Below are positions 56,261 through 64,000 of a DNA stretch of 64,000 nucleotides, piece by piece. Position numbers and translations under genes: made by a program. How positions within the stretch are numbered: the stretch's first letter is position 1; every line of letters starts with the position of its first letter. Source of the DNA: Actinomycetes bacterium (GTDB lineage Bacteria; Actinomycetota; CADDZG01; JAHWKV01); the NCBI GenBank assembly GCA_029263075.1, contig JAJCYE010000031.1, forward strand, positions 5,340 to 69,339. The letters run 5' to 3'. Below the pieces are notes generated by a model. That model made no database searches and was not told the DNA's origin. It was given only the letters and a program-made list of their open reading frames with translations.

Positions 56261-56824
56261 CTAGCTGTTGCGCCTGACCGCGGCGATCCGCTGCACCACC
56301 GCCGGCTTGGGCGACGAAACCTTCAAGTCCTCGTAGGCAACAACCTCCAGATGTGGGCGTGCCAGATCCAGCAGTTCGCCCCGCCGGAGCAGGTAGTCGG
56401 GATTGCGGGGGCTGGAGTAAAGTTCGTTGCCGGCCGCGAACGTCTCGTACAAAAGCACTCCCCCCACACCGATGACCTTGACCAGGTCGCCCAGGATCGG
56501 GCGGTATAGATAGTTGGCCACCACCACGCCATCGAAGGTGCGCCCGGCCAACACGAACGGCCCACCGTCCTCCAGGTCGACCTCTACCAACTCGGCCCCC
56601 GGGTGACCGGCGAGGTCGTTGACCCCCCTCAGGTCCCGGTCCACCGCGACGACCCGGTAGCCCCGTTCCAGGAAGTGGCGAGAGTGCCTCCCGGCGCCGC
56701 AGGCCAGATCCAAGACCAGCCCGCCCGGGGGGACCAAATCGGCAAACCGCGTCATCCAGGGCGACGGAGGCGATCCGGGGTGCCAGCCCGCAGGGAGAGG
56801 TTCGGGGGTCTCGGGAACGTTCAT
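56261..56824 (-). CDS. class I SAM-dependent methyltransferase
   Basis: VLDLACGAGRHS motif I, VVAVDRD and FDGVVVANYL. Confidence 0.82.
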   Translation of the reverse strand: MNVPETPEPLPAGWHPGSPPSPWMTRFADLVPPGGLVLDLACGAGRHSRHFLERGYRVVAVDRDLRGVNDLAGHPGAELVEVDLEDGGPFVLAGRTFDGVVVANYLYRPILGDLVKVIGVGGVLLYETFAAGNELYSSPRNPDYLLRRGELLDLARPHLEVVAYEDLKVSSPKPAVVQRIAAVRRNS

Positions 56825-56906
56825 CAGGGCACTCTAACCCCGGTTAGCAGCGTTGAGGACTCGATTCCGGCCCGGCCCGGTTGCGCCCCGGCCGAATTGC
56901 CAGCGA

Positions 56907-57332
56907 CTAGTAGACCTTGACGAACAACCTGCCGTCCGGCGTCCTGCACTGCTCGGGATAGGACTCAATCACCGGGTTCCCGGCAGCCGCGCACTGTTCA
57001 AAGTTGCGGATGCCATCAAAGGCCTCAGGCGGATCGGCAACCGCGGTGGGCTCTTGTGGCCTGGGGTCCGAGCTCACCGGGTTATCCGGGAGGGCGGTGA
57101 CACCGGGGTGGGTGTCGAATTTGGGCTCCGAACCGGGCTCCTGATCCCCAACCGGCGCGGGTTGCGGCTCGGTAAGCGGGAGGTCGCTGGCGGGGACCAG
57201 TTCGTCAACTGCCGTAGTCCGGTCGAGGTCCGCGGCGGAGTCGTTCCCGAAAGTCCCCAAAGCCACGGCCGACGCAATGCCGATCACAACCAAAACTCCT
57301 ACCACAAGCGCAACCAGTTGGGTTCGTCGCAC
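56907..57332 (-). CDS. hypothetical membrane-anchored protein with Pro-rich spacer and small C-terminal Cys-pair domain
   Basis: TM helix LVALVVGVLVVIGIASAVAL. C-terminus FEQCAAAGNPVIESYPEQCRTPDGRLF. Family not recognised. Confidence 0.5.
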   Translation of the reverse strand: MRRTQLVALVVGVLVVIGIASAVALGTFGNDSAADLDRTTAVDELVPASDLPLTEPQPAPVGDQEPGSEPKFDTHPGVTALPDNPVSSDPRPQEPTAVADPPEAFDGIRNFEQCAAAGNPVIESYPEQCRTPDGRLFVKVY

Positions 57333-57405
57333 GGGACCTCCTCAGGTTCGTAAGATACCCCCCTTAGACGGCCCGGCCTGTCCCTTAAGTTCCCGAACTA
57401 CCCGC

Positions 57406-59448
57406 TCAATCCCACAGCGCGGCGACCATCCGGTCCACCGCTTCGATTCCCGATGCCACGTTCGACCCGCCGGGCAAGCAACTATCGGGGTCCGGGAGCC
57501 GGCGAGAGTGGGCGTTGTCCATGGTCTCCAGCACCGGCGGGGTAAAAAAGCGGGTCAGCTGGCCGTAGCCGTGTGAGTCGTCACGGCCCCGGGGCCGGTA
57601 GTGGTACCTCAGCGGCGAGTAGGCGTAGAGGTGGTTGCGCGCCCGGGTCATTGCGACATACAGGAGGCGCCGCTCCTCCTCTATCGTCTCAGCGTCGCCC
57701 GTGGCCAGATCGGACGGGATATGGCCGTCGGTGACGTGGATTACGTGCACCACATCCCACTCGCAGCCTTTGGCCGAATGGATGGTGCTGATTGTCACGA
57801 AATCGTCGTCAAGGTGGGGTGGCCCGGCGAGGTCACTGGTGGAACTGGGCGGATCCAGGGTGAGTTCGGCCAGGAATCCGCGCAGGTTGCCGGCGGCGGC
57901 GGCGAGCCGGCCCAACTGGTCCAGATCGGCAATCCGGGCACCGGAGTTCGGGTAGCGAGCAACAACGGCCGGATCCAGCCACAACCGGGCTCGCTCGACG
58001 GCGGCGCCGGCCGCCTGTGGTCCCAGGCCGGCACACTCAACAAGCGTCTTCTTAAGCCCGGCGACGGATTCCTGCCGGTCCTCCGGCAACCAGGCGGAAG
58101 CGACCCCCAGGTCCTCGACCGGGGACCCCGAGGCCAGGACCCCGCTCGCGATACGCCGGGCGGCGCCCGGTCCCAGGCCGTCGATGAGTTGCAGCACTCG
58201 GAACCACGCCAACTCGTCTTTAGGGTTCTCAACCAGGCGCAGCAGGCAGACCATGTCCTTGACATGGGCCGCCTCCAGGAACTTGAGCCCTCCGTACTTG
58301 ATGAACGGGATCTTGCGGGCAGTGAGTTCCATCTCCAGCAGACTGGAGTGGTGGGCCGCGCGGACGAGGATCGCCTGCTCCTGAAGCCTCGTGCCCTGCT
58401 CGTGGTGGTGAAGCAACCGGTCGCACACCTGGCGGGACTGGTCCGCTTCGTCGTCGCAGCGGACCAACGACGGCCGTCCCCGGTCCTGGCGGGAAGACCA
58501 CAACTGCTTGGGGTGCCGCAGCGAAGCCTCGGCGATGACCGCGTTGGTGGCCGCCACCAGGGACGGCGTCGACCGGTGATTTCGCTGGAGCATCACCACA
58601 TCGGCCCCGAAGCGTGCCGGGAACTCCATGATGTTGCGGTGGGTGGCCGCCCGGAACGAGTAGATAGCCTGGGCATCGTCGCCCACGGCGGTGAGTTTTG
58701 CCCCACCTGCCGCGAGGGCCTCCAGAAGATCCGCCTGCAGCGGGTTGGTGTCCTGATATTCGTCGACAAGGATGTGGTCGAACTGGGCCTGCAGGACCAT
58801 CGCCAGGTCGGGCACCTTGAACAGAGCGCCCCAAAACAAAAGCAGATCGTCGAAGTCCAGGACCTGGCGCTGGCGCTTCCGGGCGGTGTAGGCCTCGAAG
58901 GCCGCCCGGATCTCGGGCTTTTCGTCGGCACACCAGGGGAAGTTGGTCCTCAGCACCTGAGACAGAGGTGAACCGGTATTCACGCAACGGCTGAGGATGT
59001 CCGCCAGGGTCTGCTTGCGTGCTCTGCGGCGCGACGGGGCCCCCGCATCGTCCTGGTCCGCAGGGCCCTCCAGATCTTTGCGCACCAGGGCCAATAAATC
59101 CCCGGTGTCGGTCTGGTCCAAGACGGTGAACGACGGTTCCAGACCAATGGCCCTGCCGTGGCGGCGCAACATCCGGTTGGCGACCGCGTGGAAAGTGCCT
59201 CCCCAGGCGCCGGCCGTGGACTCCCCGGACATCTGCTCGGCACGGTTGAGCAGTTCGGCGGCCGCCCGACGACTGAAGGTGAGCATCAGGATGCGTTCCG
59301 GCGGGGTGCCCGACCGAATCAGGTGGGTCAAGCGGGCGGTCAAAGTAGTGGTTTTGCCGGTCCCCGCGCCGGCGACGATCAGAAGGTGGCCGGCATCGTG
59401 CCTGGCCGCCGTCTGCTGTTCTTTGGTGAGGTCGGCTATATCGAACAT
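57406..59448 (-). CDS. UvrD/Rep/PcrA-family ATP-dependent DNA helicase
   Basis: Walker A AGAGTGKTTT, TFHAVA, DEYQDTNP, GDDAQAIYSFRAA, STIHSAKGCEWD and LLYVAMTRAR SF1 motifs. Confidence 0.92.
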   Translation of the reverse strand: MFDIADLTKEQQTAARHDAGHLLIVAGAGTGKTTTLTARLTHLIRSGTPPERILMLTFSRRAAAELLNRAEQMSGESTAGAWGGTFHAVANRMLRRHGRAIGLEPSFTVLDQTDTGDLLALVRKDLEGPADQDDAGAPSRRRARKQTLADILSRCVNTGSPLSQVLRTNFPWCADEKPEIRAAFEAYTARKRQRQVLDFDDLLLFWGALFKVPDLAMVLQAQFDHILVDEYQDTNPLQADLLEALAAGGAKLTAVGDDAQAIYSFRAATHRNIMEFPARFGADVVMLQRNHRSTPSLVAATNAVIAEASLRHPKQLWSSRQDRGRPSLVRCDDEADQSRQVCDRLLHHHEQGTRLQEQAILVRAAHHSSLLEMELTARKIPFIKYGGLKFLEAAHVKDMVCLLRLVENPKDELAWFRVLQLIDGLGPGAARRIASGVLASGSPVEDLGVASAWLPEDRQESVAGLKKTLVECAGLGPQAAGAAVERARLWLDPAVVARYPNSGARIADLDQLGRLAAAAGNLRGFLAELTLDPPSSTSDLAGPPHLDDDFVTISTIHSAKGCEWDVVHVIHVTDGHIPSDLATGDAETIEEERRLLYVAMTRARNHLYAYSPLRYHYRPRGRDDSHGYGQLTRFFTPPVLETMDNAHSRRLPDPDSCLPGGSNVASGIEAVDRMVAALWD

Positions 59449-59470
59449 CCGTTCGATAGCTTAACCGCTG

Positions 59471-62464
59471 CTACTGGGGATTCTCCGGATCGACCCCGAT
59501 CAGATGCATCTTCGAGTTGATCCCCAACTTCGCGTAGACGTTCGAAAGATGGGTTTCGACGGTCCGAGAACCGATGAACAGGGTTTCGCCGATCTCCTTG
59601 GCCGTCAGGCCCTGCCGGGTTAGCCGGACCACCTCTCGTTCACGGGGGGTGAGCGAATCTTTACCCCGGGCACCGGCGGCCGCCCTGCGTCCCCTGGTGC
59701 CCAATCCGGCCAACGTCCTTAGGGTCCTCTGTTTGCGAACAACTGCTCCGCACCCCTCGAACAAGGTAGCCGCCTGCTCGAACGCCTTGACCGCTTCGGT
59801 CCGGTCGGAGGTCAACGACCTGCCCAACACGTCATAGGCGCGGGCCAAAATGCCCTGGCAGCCGGTCCCCGAAAGCAGGTCCACCGCACCCTGGGCCGCG
59901 GCTGCGGCGGCCTTCGGGTCGTCGGCCAGCAACGCCCAGGCATGACCCAACCCGGCGAGGCCACGGTAAATATCTCGGTCCACTTCGCCGGCGATCCGGT
60001 CCAGGTCGGCCGCGGCCTTCGCTGCGTTTTCCTGCTCCCCGGTCAACGACGAGATCTCCGCGAAGTCCAGCACCATCGGCGCCGCCCAGGGCCAAGCCTG
60101 CATCCCCAAGATGCTGGCAACCGCCGGTTCAAGAACTGCGCCTGCTTCCGGGAGTCGGTCCCGGCCGGCAAGAACCAGCGCCTCGGCCCAATCCGAGTAG
60201 TCGACGCAGAAGGACCAACGGCGCCCTCCGTATACCGCTCTCGCCTTTGCCGCAAACGCCTCCGCTTCAGAGATCCTGCCGGTCTCAGCTGCCGCCGCCG
60301 CCGCGAAGGGCAGGGCGTAGCCCCTCCTACGGCTCAGCCCGCCGGGGTTGGCGGCCAGCGCCTGGTCGGCGTACTCAAGGACCGCCGGGTAATCTCCGGC
60401 GAACCACGCGACCATCGCCGACCACTCGAGTACCACTGCCTCGACGAACCTCGGGTAGACAAGCCGGGCTTCATCCAGCAGGGACTCGGCTTCGGGGATG
60501 CGGCCCTGGAGGGCCACCACCAAAGCCACCCCTGAAAGACCCCTCGCCCGGCTGTAGTCGTTACCGGACTGCCTTGCCAGCTCGGCGCTTTGGCGGGTCG
60601 CCGCCTCGGCGGCTTCAAACTCCCCCATCGCCAGTTGTTGGTAGCCCTTGACGGCGCCCGCCTGCATGAGCGGGGAAGGCTCGCCGGCCTTTTCGGCGGC
60701 CTCCATCACCTCGATAGCCCGGGACCGGGACTCGGAGAACCGTCCCTGAAGCGACGCCAGCCAGGCCAACTCGGTGGACGCCAGCAGGGAACTGCGCCGG
60801 TCCCCGGCCTGGTCGAACAACAAGATGGCTTCCCGGCACCGGCTCTCCGCCTCGTCCAGTTCGCCGGTTCCCCAGCTCAAAAAGCTGGCCAGGCGAAACT
60901 TGACCGCGGCCCGGCGAGCCGGGTCGCCCGACCGATCCAGCACCCGGTCGATCTGCCGGATCGCCTCCAGGCCAAGGGCCGCGTGGGCATCGGCGCGGTG
61001 ATCCAGCACCCAGTCCGCCTTCCAGTTGAGGGCGTCGACCACGTCCAGCCAGCGTTCGTCTCCCGCCGGGACTAGCTGGACCAAGGCGTTTAGCACGGTG
61101 AGGGCCTCCTGGTAGGCCTCCTGGTCCTCGGCCCGCCGGACGGCGTTTTGAAGGGCTTCAATAGCCTCGTCGTCCCCGATGCCCGCCGAGCGAACGAAGT
61201 GGGGGGCAGCGGCGCCAAGTTTGCCTTCGGCAAGCAACACCCGGCCGACCAACCGGTGAACCGACCGGCGCCGGGCGGGCCCGATTCCTTCGACGATGAC
61301 TTCACGGATAAGGGGGTGTGCGATCTCGTAGGTGAGGCTGCGCCCCCGCTCTTCGCCTACCACCAGACGAGACCGCACAAGCTTGTTGATGATTACCTCC
61401 AGCCGGTCCTCGGGACGGGCCGTTAGCCGGATCAGCTCATCGAGCTCGATTCGTCGCCCGACCACCGCCATCAGTTCCAGCGTTGAGGTGGCTGCCTCTC
61501 CCAGCCCCACGAGCTGGGACTGAACCACCTCCGCCAGCGAGTGCGGCAGGGACTGCAGTTCCGGCGTCCCGATATCCCCACCCTGCTCAAGCAGGGCCTG
61601 GAGCAGGGATAGGGCGAACATGCTGTTCCCTCGGGACTTGTCCACCAGCCAGTTCACCAGCGAAGGAGTGGGGGGTGAACCGAGAAAAGACTCTGCGAGC
61701 TCGCCGACGGCCTCCGGTAGCAGGGGAGGAACCGTCATCCGGAGAAGAATCCGGTCCTTCTCCAACCAGCTCAGCACCTCCTTTGCTATCGGAAGCCCGT
61801 CGAGCTCGGCCGCCCTGGCTGATGCGACCACGAGAACCGGGTGGCGGTAGAGGTTGCGGGCAAAATAGTGCAGGGTTTCCCAAGAGGAGGCGTCGGCCAG
61901 GTGCAGGTCATCAAGGACTATCTGCACGGGCGCTTTCTCCGATATGTTGCCCAGCAGAGCCACCAGTCCCTGGAGCAGCCTGGCGCGGGGAGGTTCACGT
62001 TCGGGAACCGACCCCCGGACCGCCGCCACCGAGTGGAGCATGGTGGACAGATCGTCAAGGAAGCCGCCACAGAGTTTGACCACCTCTTCGGCAGGGAGCC
62101 CTCGTAGATATCCTTCCAGCGCTTCCGCCCATAGACCCATCGGCGCCGTCTCGCCCAGCGGATAGGCCCTGGCAACCAGGGTGGCGCTGGTGCGGGCGCC
62201 CCGGGCCAGGGTTTCGGCAGCCAGACGGCTTTTGCCGACGCCGGGGTCACCGGACAGCACGACCAATCTGAAGTTTCCTTCGGCCGACACTCTGCGTGCG
62301 GCCTCCAAATCCGACAGCAGCAAAGCCCGGCCCACGAGTTTTGTCTTCCGCAGCATCCCTGTGGCTTGCCTGATTGAGTACGGGCCCGAGGTCCCCTTCG
62401 CCGCAACAATAGGGACATGGCTTGGGCGGGGCAAGGCAGCCGTGTCGACCAGGTCTGGATTCAT
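59471..62464 (-). CDS. LAL-type (large ATP-binding LuxR family) transcriptional regulator
   Basis: Walker A GDPGVGKSRLAAE, Walker B-like VLDDLHLAD, long TPR-like helical region and C-terminal LuxR HTH (LTPREREVVRLTRQGLTAKEIGETLFIGSRTVETHLSNVYAKLG). The start is set at ATG 62464, which forms an ATGA overlap with the DUF1326 gene stop. ATG 62356 is an alternative. Confidence 0.88.
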   Translation of the reverse strand: MNPDLVDTAALPRPSHVPIVAAKGTSGPYSIRQATGMLRKTKLVGRALLLSDLEAARRVSAEGNFRLVVLSGDPGVGKSRLAAETLARGARTSATLVARAYPLGETAPMGLWAEALEGYLRGLPAEEVVKLCGGFLDDLSTMLHSVAAVRGSVPEREPPRARLLQGLVALLGNISEKAPVQIVLDDLHLADASSWETLHYFARNLYRHPVLVVASARAAELDGLPIAKEVLSWLEKDRILLRMTVPPLLPEAVGELAESFLGSPPTPSLVNWLVDKSRGNSMFALSLLQALLEQGGDIGTPELQSLPHSLAEVVQSQLVGLGEAATSTLELMAVVGRRIELDELIRLTARPEDRLEVIINKLVRSRLVVGEERGRSLTYEIAHPLIREVIVEGIGPARRRSVHRLVGRVLLAEGKLGAAAPHFVRSAGIGDDEAIEALQNAVRRAEDQEAYQEALTVLNALVQLVPAGDERWLDVVDALNWKADWVLDHRADAHAALGLEAIRQIDRVLDRSGDPARRAAVKFRLASFLSWGTGELDEAESRCREAILLFDQAGDRRSSLLASTELAWLASLQGRFSESRSRAIEVMEAAEKAGEPSPLMQAGAVKGYQQLAMGEFEAAEAATRQSAELARQSGNDYSRARGLSGVALVVALQGRIPEAESLLDEARLVYPRFVEAVVLEWSAMVAWFAGDYPAVLEYADQALAANPGGLSRRRGYALPFAAAAAAETGRISEAEAFAAKARAVYGGRRWSFCVDYSDWAEALVLAGRDRLPEAGAVLEPAVASILGMQAWPWAAPMVLDFAEISSLTGEQENAAKAAADLDRIAGEVDRDIYRGLAGLGHAWALLADDPKAAAAAAQGAVDLLSGTGCQGILARAYDVLGRSLTSDRTEAVKAFEQAATLFEGCGAVVRKQRTLRTLAGLGTRGRRAAAGARGKDSLTPREREVVRLTRQGLTAKEIGETLFIGSRTVETHLSNVYAKLGINSKMHLIGVDPENPQ

Positions 62465-63054
62465 GAGGCGAATTGGAAGCCCCCCCGCACGGCACGGGAC
62501 CGGTCGAGGGAGAACACCATCCGGTACTCCGGCACATCGACGGTTACCTCGGCGCCCTCGCCGATCCAACCCCGCAACCAGGGTCCGGCCGAGCCCGCCG
62601 GGTGGGACTGGGGAATCCTGCGACCAGCCGCCCGAACCGTGACCTTGTCCGGGACGGACACAAAACTCTTCGTCTCGTCGAGCCGGTAGCTGATTGGGAC
62701 CTGATAGAAGCCGACGTGCTCGCCCGCCAGTGCCGCCAGGGCGGCCAGGGGTCCGCCAAGCCGTCCCTGGAACGCGTCGACCACCCAACGGACGACCTCG
62801 GGAGCGGCATCCTCCTCCACCAGGATCAGTCGGCGGCCCGGAGTACCTGCGCAAGCAGGCTCTTTGATGTTCACGGTGACCAGAGCGGTGTCTGAGACAC
62901 CGATCCCCGCGATCTCTCCCTTGTCGATCAGCCAGGCGGTCACCGAAGTGGATCCGACTTCAAATCCGGAGCCCTCGAACCAGAACGGAACCCCTTGATA
63001 GATGTCCAGTACCGATCCCTCTAGCCGGTACTGGTTCTGGATACCCGAATTCAT
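62461..63054 (-). CDS. DUF1326-like protein
   Basis: ~197 aa. Composition and length fit the DUF1326 family as I remember it. It is in a different frame from the spurious 5' extension of the LAL ORF. Confidence 0.6.
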   Translation of the reverse strand: MNSGIQNQYRLEGSVLDIYQGVPFWFEGSGFEVGSTSVTAWLIDKGEIAGIGVSDTALVTVNIKEPACAGTPGRRLILVEEDAAPEVVRWVVDAFQGRLGGPLAALAALAGEHVGFYQVPISYRLDETKSFVSVPDKVTVRAAGRRIPQSHPAGSAGPWLRGWIGEGAEVTVDVPEYRMVFSLDRSRAVRGGFQFAS

Positions 63055-63335
63055 ACCTGTTCCGCCGTGTTGGACGATCCCAGACGGGGAAGACGACCGG
63101 CGGACGCAGGGGATCTCCGGCCTGCAGCCCGGCTACGGTGGAGGAGGCGAGCCAGTTTCTCGGCATCCTCGAATACGTGTAACACGTAAGCGAGCAGGCC
63201 CGTCATGGGCCAAAGGAGAAAAGCACTGGGGCCGGGAAACGCTGTGGCCAAAGTCGGAGTGGTGACAAGGACCATCGACGCGCCGACAATTGTGTAGAAG
63301 AAGCAGCGCAAGCCTTTTTCAAGCATCCACCGCAT
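63051..63335 (-). CDS. hypothetical small membrane protein
   Basis: Two hydrophobic helices (FFYTIVGASMVLVTTPTLA, LLWPMTGLLAYVLHVF). 4-nt overlap with the downstream DUF1326 gene. Confidence 0.45.
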   Translation of the reverse strand: MRWMLEKGLRCFFYTIVGASMVLVTTPTLATAFPGPSAFLLWPMTGLLAYVLHVFEDAEKLARLLHRSRAAGRRSPASAGRLPRLGSSNTAEQV

Positions 63336-63618
63336 AACCGACCTCCCGGGATTGAGTCACTTTTGTGAACTCGAACCTATCGGCGAGGACCTACGGAGGT
63401 CATCCGTGAGTTTGCGGATTCCGGTACGGATCAGGCCGGAACGGGGCTCCGGAGGGGTGAGAGGGTTTGGGATCGCCGGGGCCTGGCCAATGTATGCAGA
63501 CAAGTCCTTGCGGACGGGTAGGGCAGTTCCCCGTTTTCCCCACCTCGGGTATCATCTGCGTCCCCTTTGCGCAACAGAACTTAACAAAGATGTCTCCGAT
63601 TTTCCCGAGGAATCTGCA

Positions 63619-64000
63619 ATGGCCTTAGGCTTCTCCGCTGCGAAGTCTCCGCCGGCTTTCCGGTGGCCCGACCCCAAAGCCGCGCCCCAATCCCCCTCCA
63701 CCACCGGGCACGCCAAGGCGCGGGCGCAGCCTGGCGGCAGCCTTGGTTATATGCCGGCCCTCGACGGCCTGCGGGCCCTAGCCGTCCTGGCGGTCCTGGC
63801 CTACCACGCCGGCATGCCGTGGGCCCGAGCCGGCTTTCTCGGCGTCGACGTCTTCTTTGTGATCAGCGGATACCTGATTACGGCGCTGCTGCTGAACGAA
63901 CAGAGTCGCAACGGCCGGATCAGCCTGGGCCGCTTCTGGGGCCGCCGGGCACTGAGGCTGCTTCCAGGGCTTTTGGTGATGCTTGCTGCGGTGTCGTTGG
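63619..64000 (+). CDS. acyltransferase family 3 (OafA/YrhL-like) membrane protein, 5' partial (runs off window)
   Basis: LDGLRALAVLAVLAYHAG...GFLGVDVFFVISGYLIT is the canonical acyltransferase_3 N-terminal signature. ATG at 63619. The frame is open to the window end. Confidence 0.85.
   Translation, partial: MALGFSAAKSPPAFRWPDPKAAPQSPSTTGHAKARAQPGGSLGYMPALDGLRALAVLAVLAYHAGMPWARAGFLGVDVFFVISGYLITALLLNEQSRNGRISLGRFWGRRALRLLPGLLVMLAAVSL

Noticed and set aside
57601-58971. 456-aa ORF on the plus strand (and the 252-aa minus-strand alternative frame at 58229-58987)
   Set aside because: It overlaps the UvrD-like helicase gene, which carries all SF1 motifs in its own frame. The alternatives are Arg/Gly/Pro-rich.
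62465-62854. 130-aa N-terminal extension of the LAL regulator ORF
   Set aside because: The extension is Arg/Gly/Pro-rich and overlaps the well-formed DUF1326-like frame. An ATG forming an ATGA overlap with that gene's stop (62461-62464) gives a sensible start.

Overview
High-GC bacterial chromosomal window. Gene content and synteny look actinobacterial: eno-ftsB-DUF501-ppx; mfd-pth-ctc-prs-glmU-tRNA-Gln; rpfB-slot gene-ksgA-ispE; several F420/deazaflavin-type enzymes. This taxonomic call is an inference. Coding density is high, and I found no transposase, integrase, CRISPR array or rRNA.

The window has three parts.

(1) nt ~178-19866 is an accessory-looking biosynthetic locus. It holds two translationally coupled Pfa/HglE-like iterative type I PKS/FAS megasynthases. 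The first is ER-like/ER/KS/AT/ACP/KR/DH and the second is KS/AT/ACP. Around them sit a free-standing ACP-like ORF, three alpha/beta-hydrolase-fold proteins, two paralogous PAPS-type sulfotransferases in inverted orientation, a SAM methyltransferase, and small membrane and lipoprotein genes. I do not recognise this combination as a characterised pathway. It is my top candidate for the undescribed system: a sulfated, or sulfate-activated, long-chain lipid.

(2) nt ~21200-39400 is conserved housekeeping. It is interrupted by a sortase-fold protein whose catalytic His and Cys are both substituted.

(3) nt ~39400-64000 is a mixed accessory region. It contains F420-type redox enzymes, an OmpR/HK two-component system next to SHOCT/YceI/cupredoxin genes, and tRNA-Arg. 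It also has a phased GGTTAC repeat array upstream of a small acidic peptide gene, followed by a strong terminator and a CYP4/CYP102-like P450. Further along are a secreted HExxH-PPC-RCC1 fusion protein, a UvrD-like helicase, and a DUF1326/LAL-regulator operon.

All protein assignments come from motifs read by eye in the supplied translations. No database search was run.
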